DNA of 64,000 nucleotides from Candidatus Krumholzibacteriota bacterium (GTDB lineage Bacteria; Krumholzibacteriota; Krumholzibacteriia; JAJRXK01), in the NCBI GenBank assembly GCA_963806035.1, contig CAWDWO010000008.1:26839-90838 (forward strand), in the 5' to 3' direction. The translations under genes were made by a program, and so were the position numbers. Shown one piece after another: positions 10,824 through 21,853 of this stretch. The notes beneath the pieces are model-generated. The model did no database searches. It saw only the letters and a list, made by a program, of their open reading frames with translations, and was not told the DNA's origin. Positions within the stretch are counted from its first letter, which is position 1; every line of letters begins with the position of its first letter.

Positions 10824-11627
10824 GTGAGTACGCAAGCAGCTCTCAGGCTCGGGGTGAGCCGCTGTCTCCTGGGCGAAGCGGTGCGCTACGACGGAGCCAC
10901 CAAGCAGAGCATCCGAAGCTGGTGGCCGGCCGATACCATCATCGAGTGGATCGGCGTCTGTCCGGAAGTCGAACTCGGCATGGGGGTGCCGCGTGAAGCG
11001 GTACAGCTCGAGGGCGAGGCCACGGCGCCTCGCATGCTGGGAGTCAAGAGCCGCGTCGATCATACCTGCGCCATGCACCGCTGGGCGAAGAGCCGTCTGG
11101 CCGAATTGGGCGTGGAGGACCTGGACGGGTTCGTGCTCAAGAGCCGCTCACCGAGTTGCGGCTTGCTCGATGCTGATCTCGTCCGCGGCGAGGAAGTCCT
11201 GGGTACGGTGGACGGACTCTTCACCGCTTCCTTGCGCGCCGCTTTCCCGTTCTTGCCGTTGACGAGCGAGAGTTACCTGGAGGATCCCGCTGCTCGCGAG
11301 CCATTCTTGACGCGCGCGCGTCTCTTCCGATCCTACAAGGAACTCGTAGCCAAGGGTGCGGACCCGGACGAACTGAAGTCCCACCACGAAGCCACGCTCA
11401 GAGCCTACCAAAGCTGGCGGACGAAATCCTTCTCCGCACACAAGGCCGCCGTGGAGGCGCCGGCGAAGGCCACGCGCAAGGGCGAGTTCCGCGCAAGGAA
11501 CTCTCTGACGAGCAGTTTGAAGGATGCGTGCGAGCAAGCCTGCCGGCTTCAGGGCGCGGACAAAGCAAAGGAGCTGACCAAATACGGTCAGCTCCTGCAC
11601 GATCTCCTCGACCCTTCACGGGCCTGA
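10824..11627 (+). CDS. DUF523 (2-thiouracil desulfurase-like) Fe-S protein with a divergent C-terminus
   Basis: Motifs SRCLLGEAVRYDG, VCPEVELGMGVPRE and LKSRSPSCG. Confidence 0.85.
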   Translation: MSTQAALRLGVSRCLLGEAVRYDGATKQSIRSWWPADTIIEWIGVCPEVELGMGVPREAVQLEGEATAPRMLGVKSRVDHTCAMHRWAKSRLAELGVEDLDGFVLKSRSPSCGLLDADLVRGEEVLGTVDGLFTASLRAAFPFLPLTSESYLEDPAAREPFLTRARLFRSYKELVAKGADPDELKSHHEATLRAYQSWRTKSFSAHKAAVEAPAKATRKGEFRARNSLTSSLKDACEQACRLQGADKAKELTKYGQLLHDLLDPSRA

Positions 11628-11641
11628 ATCGCCTCGTCGAG

Positions 11642-13117
11642 TTACTCGCTGCTCGACTTCTCGGCTCCGTAGGTCTCAAAGAGATACCAGCCCTCTTTTT
11701 GACCGTACTTTTCCGCCTCGACCGAGATCTTCAAGAGGTTCAGCTGTCCGGATTTCGCGAAGGCCTCCGAACGAATCTTCTTGTTGTAGGCCTTGATCTC
11801 CTGGGCGAGACCCGGTTTCGGGTAGAACATCATCGCCTTACCCCAATCGGCGGGGAGGGTGCCCGGGGCGCAGTCCGAACATTGCGGAGCGTAGTAACGG
11901 CCTTCCTTCGCGCCACAGCGCACGACCTGGGTCAAAAAGGAGTTGAGACCATGTTCGGTCTCATCGTCCAATTTTCCCCACTTCTCCGGCCGGGCGAGGG
12001 CGAATTCCGACTTGATGCCCACTGCGTCGAGCATGGCGATCATCAAGGCTGTTTTCTCCACCGGCGTCCCCTCCTTGCTCGAGAGGACTTTCTTGAGGCT
12101 GCGCAATGCGCCCCGATCGTATTGCTCCCCGCTGACATCCTTGATCTTGTCGCGCACGAACTCGCAGATCGCCTTTTCCTTGGCCACCTCATCGCTCAGT
12201 CCCGAGGTCACCGCGGACGCGCTGATGTCGACGCCTCCGGCGTCCTCGAGCATCTTTTCCTTACCCGCGGCGAGGAAGCCCGCGATGGTCACCCATCCAT
12301 TGGTGGGGACCCAGCCCTTATAGAAGTTCGGCTGATCGATGTGGCGCGCCTTGAGGGTGATGGAGAAAACGGGAGTGCCCATGGGATAGGGCCCGGTCCA
12401 GGGTAACGAAGGGATCGGGGCGAAGTTCTTCGCGTTGGCGCTCCACTCCTTGGTGCGATCGTTGACGAGGCCGTTCGTCTTCAAAATGAAGTTGTCCGCT
12501 TCGATGCCGCGCGACTTGACCACGAAGTCGGAATTTCCATCGTTGAGAATCCTCACGCTGGCATAGATGACAGGATAACGATCGGCTGCGGGAGAAACCC
12601 AAGCCATGAGCGGGCCCTTGTGCACTTCCACGATGGACCATCCGGCCACGTCACCCTTCTTCAATTCCCCCCACTGAATCTTGACCTGATCGCGTTGGAT
12701 CTCGCCGTCACCCTTGGTAACATCGATCTTCTTTTCATCGAAGCGTTGAATCTCGTCCTTGCGCATGATGAACGCCGAGCGCTCGGGGTAGTCGTCACCG
12801 GGGCCGAAGTAGGGCTCGGTCAGCTCCATCGCCAACTTGCCCGGGTCCTCCACCTCGAACACCAGATTGGTGCAGACCCGGTAGCCCGTCTCCTCCATCT
12901 GAAAGAAATGCTGCTTGTACATGACGACCGCGGTTGCCCCATCCGCACCGGGCACCGTTTTCACGTGAGGGGCCAGAGTTTCGATCAGCTTCTTGAGCCC
13001 CGCGTCATCCCTGCGGGCGATGGCCCAGTTGGACTGAGCCTGTGCTGCGGAAGCAAAGAGAAGCACGAGGGCCGTCGCCGTCGTGAGAATCCGGCCGAAA
13101 GCGCGCGGAAAAGACAT
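11642..13117 (-). CDS. Secreted DUF3857 / transglutaminase-like domain protein
   Basis: Signal peptide (AQA). The segment AICEFVRDKI...KKVLSSKEGTPVEKTALMIAMLDAVGI resembles a transglutaminase-like core. Confidence 0.6.
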   Translation of the reverse strand: MSFPRAFGRILTTATALVLLFASAAQAQSNWAIARRDDAGLKKLIETLAPHVKTVPGADGATAVVMYKQHFFQMEETGYRVCTNLVFEVEDPGKLAMELTEPYFGPGDDYPERSAFIMRKDEIQRFDEKKIDVTKGDGEIQRDQVKIQWGELKKGDVAGWSIVEVHKGPLMAWVSPAADRYPVIYASVRILNDGNSDFVVKSRGIEADNFILKTNGLVNDRTKEWSANAKNFAPIPSLPWTGPYPMGTPVFSITLKARHIDQPNFYKGWVPTNGWVTIAGFLAAGKEKMLEDAGGVDISASAVTSGLSDEVAKEKAICEFVRDKIKDVSGEQYDRGALRSLKKVLSSKEGTPVEKTALMIAMLDAVGIKSEFALARPEKWGKLDDETEHGLNSFLTQVVRCGAKEGRYYAPQCSDCAPGTLPADWGKAMMFYPKPGLAQEIKAYNKKIRSEAFAKSGQLNLLKISVEAEKYGQKEGWYLFETYGAEKSSSE

Positions 13118-13254
13118 GTCATTCCTCCGATGGAAATTGAGATGGCCTCAGTACGCCGACAAGATGGTGAAAATCCAGGGGAGAGGGCAAGTCCAATCTC
13201 TCCCGCGAAAATGCGGGGATTCTGGGCCCTTTGCCCGCCTCGACGGAACGAGAC

Positions 13255-13917
13255 TCAGGTTTTCTTCTCCTTGACCACGGCATTGAGGTCGCGGACGAGC
13301 TTGTCGACACCCTCTTGATTCGCGTCGTAATACCCGCGCACCCTTCCCACCTGGTCCACCAAGATGAATCGCTCGCTGTGAGCGATGTTGTAGAGTCCTG
13401 TCTTCTGGTCGGACTGTGGTTCCATGACCTGGAAGAAGCCGTCCACCACGACTTTTTGCACTGCAGCCAGATCCCCGGTGAGAAACTTCCAGTGACCGGG
13501 AATGGCGCCGTAACCCTTGGCGTAGCTCATCAGCTTCTCCGGCGTATCGTGCCGGGGGTCGACGCTGATCGAGACCAGCCGGATCTCATCGCCCAGAGAC
13601 TTTGTCCGATCTTGAATGCGGGTCATCCAATCGGTGATCCTGGGACAGACCGTGGTGCAGGAGGTGAAGAAAAACTGCACGACATAGGCCTGACCTTTGA
13701 GATCTTGGTCACCGAACTTGGCGCCGGTTTCGTCCACCAATTCGAAGGAAGGCGCGGAGGTGACGACCTCGGGTCCGGATTGCGTGGAGTGCAGGAAGAA
13801 CCACGCCGCCCCAGCGCTCAGTGAAGCCACGATCAAGAGCAGCACCAGGACGAAACGCAGGGTCCGCATGGTGGAAGGCGCGGAAGGAGAGGATTCAGGG
13901 GGGCGTTCTGGTTCCAA
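13255..13917 (-). CDS. SCO family copper chaperone
   Basis: TM anchor, FFFTSCTTVCP (CxxxC), ISVDPRHDTPE and a conserved His (IAHSERF). The start may be 13869. Confidence 0.92.
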   Translation of the reverse strand: MEPERPPESSPSAPSTMRTLRFVLVLLLIVASLSAGAAWFFLHSTQSGPEVVTSAPSFELVDETGAKFGDQDLKGQAYVVQFFFTSCTTVCPRITDWMTRIQDRTKSLGDEIRLVSISVDPRHDTPEKLMSYAKGYGAIPGHWKFLTGDLAAVQKVVVDGFFQVMEPQSDQKTGLYNIAHSERFILVDQVGRVRGYYDANQEGVDKLVRDLNAVVKEKKT

Positions 13918-14112
13918 GTTTCGAACCTCTATTTCTCGAGAATGGCGCCGAAACGCGCGAAGATGTTTCCCCGCGCAGGTCCCACGGACCGGGGAGCGCC
14001 GGAAGGTCCGGTCTCAAGCTTAAATGATTCGGCCATTTTGGCTAGACTCTGGATGCCGTGATGGCCCGCAGGGTTTATCATGGCGCGGTTCTCTTTCCAG
14101 GAGAAACTCACG

Positions 14113-14544
14113 ATGAGCTTCGATCAGCTGCCAGCGTTCAACGCGTTCTTCAACGGTAGTGCGGCCGTCCTGCTCCTCTGCGCCTATGCGGCAATCCGCC
14201 GCAGGAAGGAAAAACTGCACCGCCGCTTCATACTGAGCGCCGTGGCTTCGTCTATTCTCTTTTTGATCGGCTATCTGAGCTATCATTCGGTTCATGGGAC
14301 CACGCGCTTTACCCACGGCGGCGCGGCCCGGGTGCTGTATTTCTCCATCCTGATCAGCCACACGATTCTGGCGGCCACGGTGATCCCTCTGGTCATCGTC
14401 ACCTTGAGACACGGTCTCAAGTACCACCGGGCCCGGCATCGCAAGTGGGCGCATGTCACTTTCCCCATCTGGCTCTACGTGTCGATCACCGGAGTCCTTA
14501 TTTACTTCATGCTCTATCATTGGTTCCCTCCCCATGCCGTCTGA
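14113..14544 (+). CDS. DUF420 membrane protein (CtaM-like)
   Basis: Four TM segments with LPAFNA, ILISHTILA and HRKWA...PIWLYVSITG. Confidence 0.9.
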   Translation: MSFDQLPAFNAFFNGSAAVLLLCAYAAIRRRKEKLHRRFILSAVASSILFLIGYLSYHSVHGTTRFTHGGAARVLYFSILISHTILAATVIPLVIVTLRHGLKYHRARHRKWAHVTFPIWLYVSITGVLIYFMLYHWFPPHAV

Positions 14545-16459
14545 GGCTCGAGGCAAGAACGGTCTCTTCCGAGCGTGCTTGATGCTCTCGCTCATGGTGT
14601 ACGCTCTCATCATGGTGGGAGGGCTCTTGCACATCATGGGGGCCGCCATGAGCTGTCCCGATTGGCCCCTCTGCTACGGAGAGCTTCTCTCCACTCGCCC
14701 GGGCACGATTCTCGCGCAGACCCACCGCTATCTGGCGGCCGCACTCGCCCTCTTCACCCTGGGAATCGCCATCACGATCGCGCGCCGGCGGCCCGCGGAC
14801 CAGGGGCTCCTGGAGCTCAGTCGCTCGGCCGTGGTGCTCGTCCTCTTGCAGGCCGCGCTGGGCGGGGTGGCCGTGATCTTGATGCTCCCCACCCTGATCT
14901 CGGTGGCGCACCTGGCCCTGGGTCTCGGGCTCTTCGCGCTGTGCCTCGCCATGACCTTCCGGACCCGGCCCGATTGGATCTCACCGCCATTCACCGAGGT
15001 GGATGCGAGGATTACCTCGTTGCATTCCTGGGTCGATTTGGCGATCTCGGCGACCTTCGTGGAGATGCTCCTGGGCGCTTTCCTGCTCCAGACCGGGGCC
15101 GGGGCCGCGCTCGGACTCGGTAAGAGCGCCGCCTTGCTGGGAGTGGATCCCGCCACCTCTGCCCACGTCTTTTGGCCTGACGACGCGCCGGGACGCTGGA
15201 ACATGATTCACCGGCTCTCCGCCCTGGTCACCGCGACCCTGGTGCTGACCAGCGCGTGGAAAGGCATTCGCTTCGCGCGGAGCGGCGCGGATCGCGGGGG
15301 AGAGAGCCCCTCGCTCGAGCAGGGACACGACCGGGCCGGGCTGGTTTTGTCGCTCTCGGCCATCGCGCTGGTCCTGGCGCAGATCTTTTTGGGGGTTTTC
15401 GGCCTGATCCACAACCTGGCTCCCCTCTGGGTTTCCCTGCATCTCGCGGTCGCGACCGCGCTCTTCGGGGTTCTCTTGGCCAATCGACTTCATCTGGGCG
15501 CGAGCGTGCTGCCCGAGCTGGACGGTCTGGATGCCGCCCTACGATCGCCCCGTGTCGAGGGCGCATCCGGGGGTCTCCTCGGCCAGAGTCTGCTCGACGC
15601 CTTCGTCCTGACCAAGCCGCGGCTGGCCTTCCTGGTGATCTTCACCACGAGTGCGGGAATGAAGTTGGCCCCGGGCGGGCTGCCGCTCAGCGAGGCCCTG
15701 CTGACCATCCTGTTCGTGACCCTGGTCGTCGCGTCGGGAACCACCCTGAACATGTACCAGGAGCAGGAACCCGACGCGAAGATGGAACGAACCAAGGAGC
15801 GGCCGCTGCCGGCGGGACGTCTGCATCCGCGCGTGGCCCTGATCCAGGGCTGGGTGCTGGCTTTGAGTGGTCTGGTGGGGCTCGCCCTGGTCTCCAACCT
15901 TCTCACCACCGGTCTGGCCGCGCTGTCGCTCTTCGTCTATCTGGGCCTGTACACGCCGATGAAAGCGCGCAGCGTGAGCGCGGTCTATTTGGGAGCGATC
16001 CCCGGCGCCCTCCCCATCGCGATGGGCTGGACCGCGGTGACCGGCAGTTTTGACGGAGGCGCGATCGCACTCTTCGCGCTGCTCTTCATCTGGCAGATCC
16101 CTCACTTCATCGCGATCTCGCTCTATCGCAAGGAGGAGTACGCGGCGGCCGGCTTCAAGATCTTTCCCCTGGTCTACGGTGAGCGCGTAAGCCTGCGGCA
16201 CATTTTCGCCACCAGCGTGGGACTGGCCCTCAGCACTTTGATCCTGAGCCGCTTCTTCGCACTTCGGCTGGGCCTGAGTGGCGAAGGCAAGGGGGGAATC
16301 TTCTACTTGGCGGTCGCATTGGTCCTGGGCAGTTTGATCGTGAGATCGTCCGTGCGTGGATTTTCGCCGCTCCGCAACGAGAACTGGGCCAGGCGCTTCT
16401 TTTTCATTACACTGGTCTACCTGCCGGTTGCCCTCGGTGTCCTGCTGCTCGACTCGTGA
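14534..16459 (+). CDS. Fused heme A synthase (CtaA/Cox15) and protoheme IX farnesyltransferase (CtaB/CyoE)
   Basis: N-half has CPDWPLC and four His positions (THR, VAHL, IHR, LHL). C-half has LTKPR, DAKMERTKERPLPAG, YTPMK and WQIPHF. Confidence 0.9.
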   Translation: MPSEARGKNGLFRACLMLSLMVYALIMVGGLLHIMGAAMSCPDWPLCYGELLSTRPGTILAQTHRYLAAALALFTLGIAITIARRRPADQGLLELSRSAVVLVLLQAALGGVAVILMLPTLISVAHLALGLGLFALCLAMTFRTRPDWISPPFTEVDARITSLHSWVDLAISATFVEMLLGAFLLQTGAGAALGLGKSAALLGVDPATSAHVFWPDDAPGRWNMIHRLSALVTATLVLTSAWKGIRFARSGADRGGESPSLEQGHDRAGLVLSLSAIALVLAQIFLGVFGLIHNLAPLWVSLHLAVATALFGVLLANRLHLGASVLPELDGLDAALRSPRVEGASGGLLGQSLLDAFVLTKPRLAFLVIFTTSAGMKLAPGGLPLSEALLTILFVTLVVASGTTLNMYQEQEPDAKMERTKERPLPAGRLHPRVALIQGWVLALSGLVGLALVSNLLTTGLAALSLFVYLGLYTPMKARSVSAVYLGAIPGALPIAMGWTAVTGSFDGGAIALFALLFIWQIPHFIAISLYRKEEYAAAGFKIFPLVYGERVSLRHIFATSVGLALSTLILSRFFALRLGLSGEGKGGIFYLAVALVLGSLIVRSSVRGFSPLRNENWARRFFFITLVYLPVALGVLLLDS

Positions 16460-16506
16460 TACAAGCCGGGCTGGACCCGAGGCGGATGAAGGTGGCATGA
16501 TGGGCC

Positions 16507-16995
16507 ATGCCGGACTCTCCCCCGATCTACGATGAGGCCAACCCCATGACCGAACACGAAATGGAAATATTCCACGGCAGCCTGGAGCGCTGCCTTGGAG
16601 GGGACGGATTCGTCGAGAGGTTCTACGAACTACTGTGCGACCGCTCCCCGGAGATCGCCGCGAAGTTCAAGGACACGGATTTCAAGATTCAAAAGCGCAA
16701 GCTCACCTCCTCCCTGTACATGACGATGCTCCTGGACGACGAAACCCCCGAGGGCGACGTCCACTTCGAACGAATTGCCCAGCTGCACAGCCGCAATGCC
16801 CTCGACATCCGTCCCGAGTACTACGGCATCTGGATCGAATGTCTCATCGAGACCGCGCGCGAATTTGACCGGTACTTCGATGAGGAAACGGAGAAGGCCT
16901 GGCGGCACTTGATGGCGCCGGCGATGGAGTTCATGAAGACGCGCTACCGGCGCAGCGCCGGCCCGACGGACGAGGATCTCGGGGTGGACTCGTGA
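16507..16995 (+). CDS. Single-domain globin
   Basis: FVERFYELL...FKDTDF.IQK..L, a proximal His in IAQLHSR, and IRPEYY..W. Confidence 0.85.
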   Translation: MPDSPPIYDEANPMTEHEMEIFHGSLERCLGGDGFVERFYELLCDRSPEIAAKFKDTDFKIQKRKLTSSLYMTMLLDDETPEGDVHFERIAQLHSRNALDIRPEYYGIWIECLIETAREFDRYFDEETEKAWRHLMAPAMEFMKTRYRRSAGPTDEDLGVDS

Positions 16996-17055
16996 GTTCC
17001 CGCCGCGCGATCGCGAGCAGAGCCTTCCTTTTCGGCCGGGAGTAACGCTGGATCC

Positions 17056-19281
17056 ATGTCCCTGCGAGCACCAAACGCGGCCGGCGGTTTTCCCGCGATC
17101 GCCTACGTTCTCGCCAAGGCGAGGCAGGCCGGAGGGTTGCTGCCCTTCCTGAAGCGCTTGCGCGGAAAGAACACCTGCAAAACCTGCGCGCTGGGAATGG
17201 GTGGACTTTCGGGGGGGATGGTCGACGAGTCGGGCCACTTCCCCGCGATCTGCAAGAAGTCCGTCCAGGCCGTGGCGGCGGATCTGGCCGGCGCCATTCC
17301 GGAGAGTTTCTTCAAACGGAACTCGCTGCGCGCTCTTTCCGCTTTGAGTTCGGCGGAACTCGAGAGCCTCGGCCGTCTCTCCTTTCCCATCGTGGCACGC
17401 GCCGGCGATACCCACTACCAACGCATCTCGTGGGAGGAGGCGCTGGATCTCGCGGCACGCGCGTTCCGGCGCGCCCCAGCCCAGAGAACCTTCTTCTATG
17501 CCAGCGGGCGCTCCTCCAACGAAGCGGCCTTCCTCCTGCAGCTTTTGGCACGGAGTTTTGGGACGAACAACGTCAACAACTGTTCGTACTATTGCCATCA
17601 GGCCAGTGGCGTCGCCCTCAGCAAAGTGTACGGCTCGGGAACCGCCAGCGTGGTGCTCGGGGACCTCGCGCGAACCGATCTCGCCGTGGTCATCGGAGCG
17701 AATCCGGCCTCCAATCACCCGCGTCTGATCACGCAGCTCATGAAACTGCGGCGGCGCGGGGGTCAGGTCATCGTCATCAATCCCTTGCGGGAGTTGGGAC
17801 TGACGAGATTCCGCGTGCCCAGTGATCCACGCAGTCTCCTCTTCGGTTCAGAAATCGCGAGTCTGTACCTGCAGCCCCATGTGGGAAGTGACATCGCCCT
17901 GCTCAAGGCCTTGCTCAAGGGCGTGATCGAGGAGGGCGGTCTCGACAGGACCTACATCGAACACTACACGAGTGGATTCGAAGATCTGCGAAGAGAGCTC
18001 GAGGAATGCTCTTGGGGCGAACTCCACGAAGCTTGCGGCGTCGATCCTTACCAAATCGAACGCGCGGTGAGGATGATCTGCGCCGCCCGCAGCGGAATTC
18101 TGCTCTGGGCGATGGGACTCACGCACCACGCCTTCGGTGTGGACAACATCTTGGCCGTGGCCAATTTGGCCCTGGCGCGCGGCTGGCTGGGACGACCGGG
18201 CTGCGGGCTTTTGCCCATCCGCGGCCACTCCAACGTGCAGGGAGTGGGGTCGGTCGGAGTCAAGCCGGCTCTGAAACGGGCCTTCGCCGAAAAGCTGGAA
18301 GAGCTCTACGGAGTGCCCGCCACGCTGCCGGCCGGCCTGGATACCTACGCCTGCATGGAAGCCGCCCAGCGCGGCGAGATCGACGCGGCGCTGCTTTTGG
18401 GTGGGAATCTTTACGGCGCCAATCCGGATGCGAACTGGGCCGCCGGTGCGCTGAACAAGATCCCCTTCCTCCTGCAGGTCTCCACCAAACTGAACACGGG
18501 ACATCTGGCGGGGCGCGGACGCGAGACTTTGGTGTTGCCGGCATTGACCCGCGACGAGGAACTGCAGCCGACGAGTCAGGAGAGCATGTTCAACTTCGTG
18601 CGCCTCAGCATGGGCGGAGAAGCTTCACCCGCCGACGGAATGCACGCCGATGCTCAGAGAGAGCGGCCGCTGGAGAACGGACGCGGAGCGCGCGGAGAAG
18701 TCCAGATCCTGGCCTCCTTGGCCCAGAGGATTCTCCCCGAAGGACGCTTCGACTGGAGCGAAGTGCGAAACCATCAGTCGCTGCGCGAGAGCATCGCGAG
18801 AGTAGTTCCCGGCTACGAGGCGATCGCCAAGCTGGGCGCCGGAGGGAAGGAGTTCCAAATCGCGGGAAGGACCTTTCATCGGCCCAGCTTCTCCACGGCG
18901 GACCAGAGAGCGCACTTCCACCCCACTCCCCTGCCCCACTGGCGCCCCAAACCGGGCCGTTTCCGCCTCATGACCCTGCGCAGCGAGGGACAATTCAATT
19001 CGGTGGTCTACGAGGAAGAGGACCTCTACCGCAATTCCGCTCCGCGAAATGCCGCCCTGATGGCGCTGGAGGATCTCCGTCGTCTCGCGCTGCAACAGGG
19101 TCAGCGGATCCGCGTGGAATCCGCCGCGGGCGGAATGGATGCCGTGGCCTGGGAAGCGAATCTGCCGGCCGGCAACATCGCCATGTACTACCCGGAAGCC
19201 AACGTGCTCGTTCCCCGCAAGCTCGACCCCCGCTCGCACACTCCTGCCTTCAAATCAGTGGAAGTGTGGCTCAGGACCTGA
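17056..19281 (+). CDS. FdhF/YdeP family molybdopterin oxidoreductase
   Basis: Motifs [33 protein letters not shown] and TLRSEGQFN. Confidence 0.9.
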   Translation: MSLRAPNAAGGFPAIAYVLAKARQAGGLLPFLKRLRGKNTCKTCALGMGGLSGGMVDESGHFPAICKKSVQAVAADLAGAIPESFFKRNSLRALSALSSAELESLGRLSFPIVARAGDTHYQRISWEEALDLAARAFRRAPAQRTFFYASGRSSNEAAFLLQLLARSFGTNNVNNCSYYCHQASGVALSKVYGSGTASVVLGDLARTDLAVVIGANPASNHPRLITQLMKLRRRGGQVIVINPLRELGLTRFRVPSDPRSLLFGSEIASLYLQPHVGSDIALLKALLKGVIEEGGLDRTYIEHYTSGFEDLRRELEECSWGELHEACGVDPYQIERAVRMICAARSGILLWAMGLTHHAFGVDNILAVANLALARGWLGRPGCGLLPIRGHSNVQGVGSVGVKPALKRAFAEKLEELYGVPATLPAGLDTYACMEAAQRGEIDAALLLGGNLYGANPDANWAAGALNKIPFLLQVSTKLNTGHLAGRGRETLVLPALTRDEELQPTSQESMFNFVRLSMGGEASPADGMHADAQRERPLENGRGARGEVQILASLAQRILPEGRFDWSEVRNHQSLRESIARVVPGYEAIAKLGAGGKEFQIAGRTFHRPSFSTADQRAHFHPTPLPHWRPKPGRFRLMTLRSEGQFNSVVYEEEDLYRNSAPRNAALMALEDLRRLALQQGQRIRVESAAGGMDAVAWEANLPAGNIAMYYPEANVLVPRKLDPRSHTPAFKSVEVWLRT

Positions 19282-19291
19282 GTCCGCCCCA

Positions 19292-20042
19292 TCAGCCCTT
19301 TCGTTTGGCCTGATCCGCGACGGCCTTGGCCGCCGCAGCGATCTCGTCTTGATCTCCCAGATAGTAGTGCTTCAGGGGTTTCAGGTTCTCGTCGAGTTCG
19401 TAGACGAGGGGAACCCCGGTGGGAATGTTGAGGGAGACGATCTCCTCGTCGGAAACCCCGTCCAGATATTTCACCAGCGCGCGCAGACTGTTTCCGTGCG
19501 CGACGAGAAGGAGCCGTTGCCCGCTCTTTACCAGCGGGGCGATCTCCTTTTGCCAGAGCGGCAAAAAGCGCTTCACGGTGAGCTCCAGGCTCTCGGTGCA
19601 GCGGAATCTCCTCGGGAGCGAGGGAGGCGTAGCGGCGATCGTGTCCCGGCCAGCGCGGATCGTTCTTTTCGAGCGCGGGCGGCGGCGTGGCGTAGCTTCG
19701 CCGCCAGAGCATCACCTGTTCGTCCCCGTGTTTCTCGGCCGTCTCCGCCTTGTTCAAGCCCTGGAGAGCCCCGTAATGGCGTTCGTTGAGGCGCCAGTGC
19801 CGGATCACCGGCAACCACATCCGGTCCATCTCCTCCATCACCAGCCACATGGTCTTGATCGCGCGCATGAGAACCGAGGTGTAGATCAGATCGAAGTCGT
19901 AGGCTTCTTCCTTCAAGATCCGGCCGGATTGGATGGCCTCCTTGATCCCCTGTTCGGTGAGATCCACGTCGGTCCAGCCCGTGAAACGGTTCTCCAGATT
20001 CCAGGTGGATTGACCATGACGCAAAAGAACCAGCTTGTGCAT
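19292..20042 (-). pseudogene. gpmA: 2,3-bisphosphoglycerate-dependent phosphoglycerate mutase, split by a +1 frameshift near 19598 (possible assembly error)
   Basis: [15 protein letters not shown] and [11 protein letters not shown] lie in one frame; AHGNSLRAL and NIPTG lie in another. Removing one base restores [14 protein letters not shown]. Confidence 0.9.
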
Positions 20043-20239
20043 ATCCATTTCCTTCGCGAAAGAATCGGCGTGATCGACGGCTTGTCGCCTCATTCTAACA
20101 CCACAGCCACCGGGATGCACAGGCTCCGGCGCCTTCAGTTGGGCTTGTGAGCCGGCCTTTCGCTGAGTAGGCTTGAGCCGGAAAGGGCGGACGCTGGGGC
20201 CCTTCCCGCGATTCAGCCTCAGAGCACCCGGGAGTGAAC

Positions 20240-21773
20240 ATGGCCATCGTTTTGACGGGCAAGAATCTGAAGATCGAAGACCTCGTGCGCGTGGCGCGGC
20301 ATGGCGAAGCAGTCGAGCTCCATCCCGAAGCCCGGCAGCGGATCGCGGCCTGCCGCCAATTGCTCGAACGAAAGATCGAAGAGGGCGAGATCATGTACGG
20401 GGTCAACACCGGCATCGGAGAGCTTGCCAGTGTCGCGCTCGAACCCGAGCAGGTGCAGAAGTTTCAGCGCTACCTCATCTACAACCACTCGGCGGGAATC
20501 GGCGAGCCGGCGCCCCTGGATCACGTGCGCGCCGCCATGTTGGCGCGCGTCAACGTCCACGCTCATGGAAATTCCGGGTGTCGTCCCATCATCAGCCAGA
20601 CCTACGTGGACATGCTCAACCGCGGAGTTACCCCGGTCGTCTGCGAGAAGGGCAGTGTGGGCGCGTGCGGAGATCTCGCACCAATGAGTCAGATCGCGCT
20701 CTCGTTGATGGGAGAAGGCGAGTCCTTCTACCAAGGCCGGCGCATGCCCACCCGCGAGGCCATGGCCGAGGCCGGAATCGAAATCCCCGGCCTTCAGGCG
20801 CGGGACGGTCTGGCCGCGATCAACGGCTCGAATCTGCTCACCGCGATCTCCGCACTGATAACGTACGAGGCCGAAATCTGGTTGAAACACGCGGAAATCG
20901 CGGCAGCCATGAGCCTCGACGCGCTCGGAGCGAATCTCAAACCCTACGATCGCCGCCTGCACGAGCTGCGCGGTTTTCACGGAGCGATCGTCGCGGCCGA
21001 AAACTTGAAGCTCGTCCTGGCGGGTGGGGATTTGGCCGACGGTGGAAAGCTGAAAGTGAAGGTTCAGGATTCCTACAGCATGCGCAGCACCCCTGCAGGT
21101 CATCGGAGCCGCGCGCGACCAGCTTCGCTGGACGAAGGAACAGATCGAAGTGGAGCTGAACGGAGTCGGTGACAACCCCATTTTCTTGCCCGAGGAAGAC
21201 ACCGTTCTCACCGGCGCCAACTTCCAGGGGACTCCCGTTTCCTTGCCGATGGAGGGCCTGGGAGCCGCAATCACCATGATCTGCGTGCTCAGCGAACGCA
21301 GGCTCAACCGGCTCCTCAACCCCAAGCTGTCGGACGGGCTGCCCGCATTCTTGACCAAGGGCGCGGGAATGTTCAGCGGTCTCATGCTGAGTCAGTACAC
21401 CGCGGATGCGCTGATCGTCGAGCAACGCATCCTCTCCACTCCGGCTTGCACGCAGAGCATCCCGGCCGCGGCCGATCAAGAGGATTTCGTGAGCATGGGT
21501 ATGAATACGGCGCTCAAGAGCCGGCAGATCATGGACAACGCCTACGGAGTGCTGGGCATCGAGTTGCTGGCTGCCGCCCAAGCTCTCGACTTCCGCGAGT
21601 GGAAGCCGGGACGGGGCTGTGAGGCAGCCCGCAGCGCCATCCGGAAACACGTGGAGCACCTGGAGGAGGATCGACCTCTCTTCAACGACCACAATGCCAT
21701 GAGCAAGTTGGTAAGAAGCGGAGAAATTCTCGCCGCGGTCGAAAAGAGTGTCGGTCCCCTCGCGAGTTCCTGA
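20240..21773 (+). pseudogene. Histidine/aromatic amino acid ammonia-lyase (HutH family), split by a +1 frameshift near 21094 (possible assembly error)
   Basis: YGVNTGIG, GSVGACGDLAP and QDSYSMRS in the first frame; DNP, GANFQG, SERR and DQEDFVSMG in the second. Removing one base restores RSTPQVIGAARD. Confidence 0.88.
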
Positions 21774-21800
21774 AGGCCGAAGGCCTGAAGGCCTGAAGGC
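21770..21800. repeat. Short tandem repeat, about 4 x CTGAAGGC
   Basis: CTGAAGGC-CGAAGGC-CTGAAGGC-CTGAAGGC, overlapping the lyase stop codon. Confidence 0.8.
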
Positions 21801-21853
21801 AAGCTACGGAAACCTCAGGCGCGAATGCACTCGCGCGAGAAGCAATCGAAGGC

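Noticed and set aside
17056..19281. Selenocysteine formate dehydrogenase
   Set aside because: No in-frame TGA. The motifs fit the FdhF/YdeP-like family, and there are no partner subunits.
19590..21100. Programmed ribosomal frameshifting in gpmA or the lyase
   Set aside because: No slippery sequence or stimulatory structure, and no precedent that I know for these genes. Sequencing error is more parsimonious.
21770..21800. CTGAAGGC tandem repeat as a CRISPR or REP element
   Set aside because: The unit is only 8 bp, has no spacers, has no cas genes nearby and was not seen elsewhere as an array.
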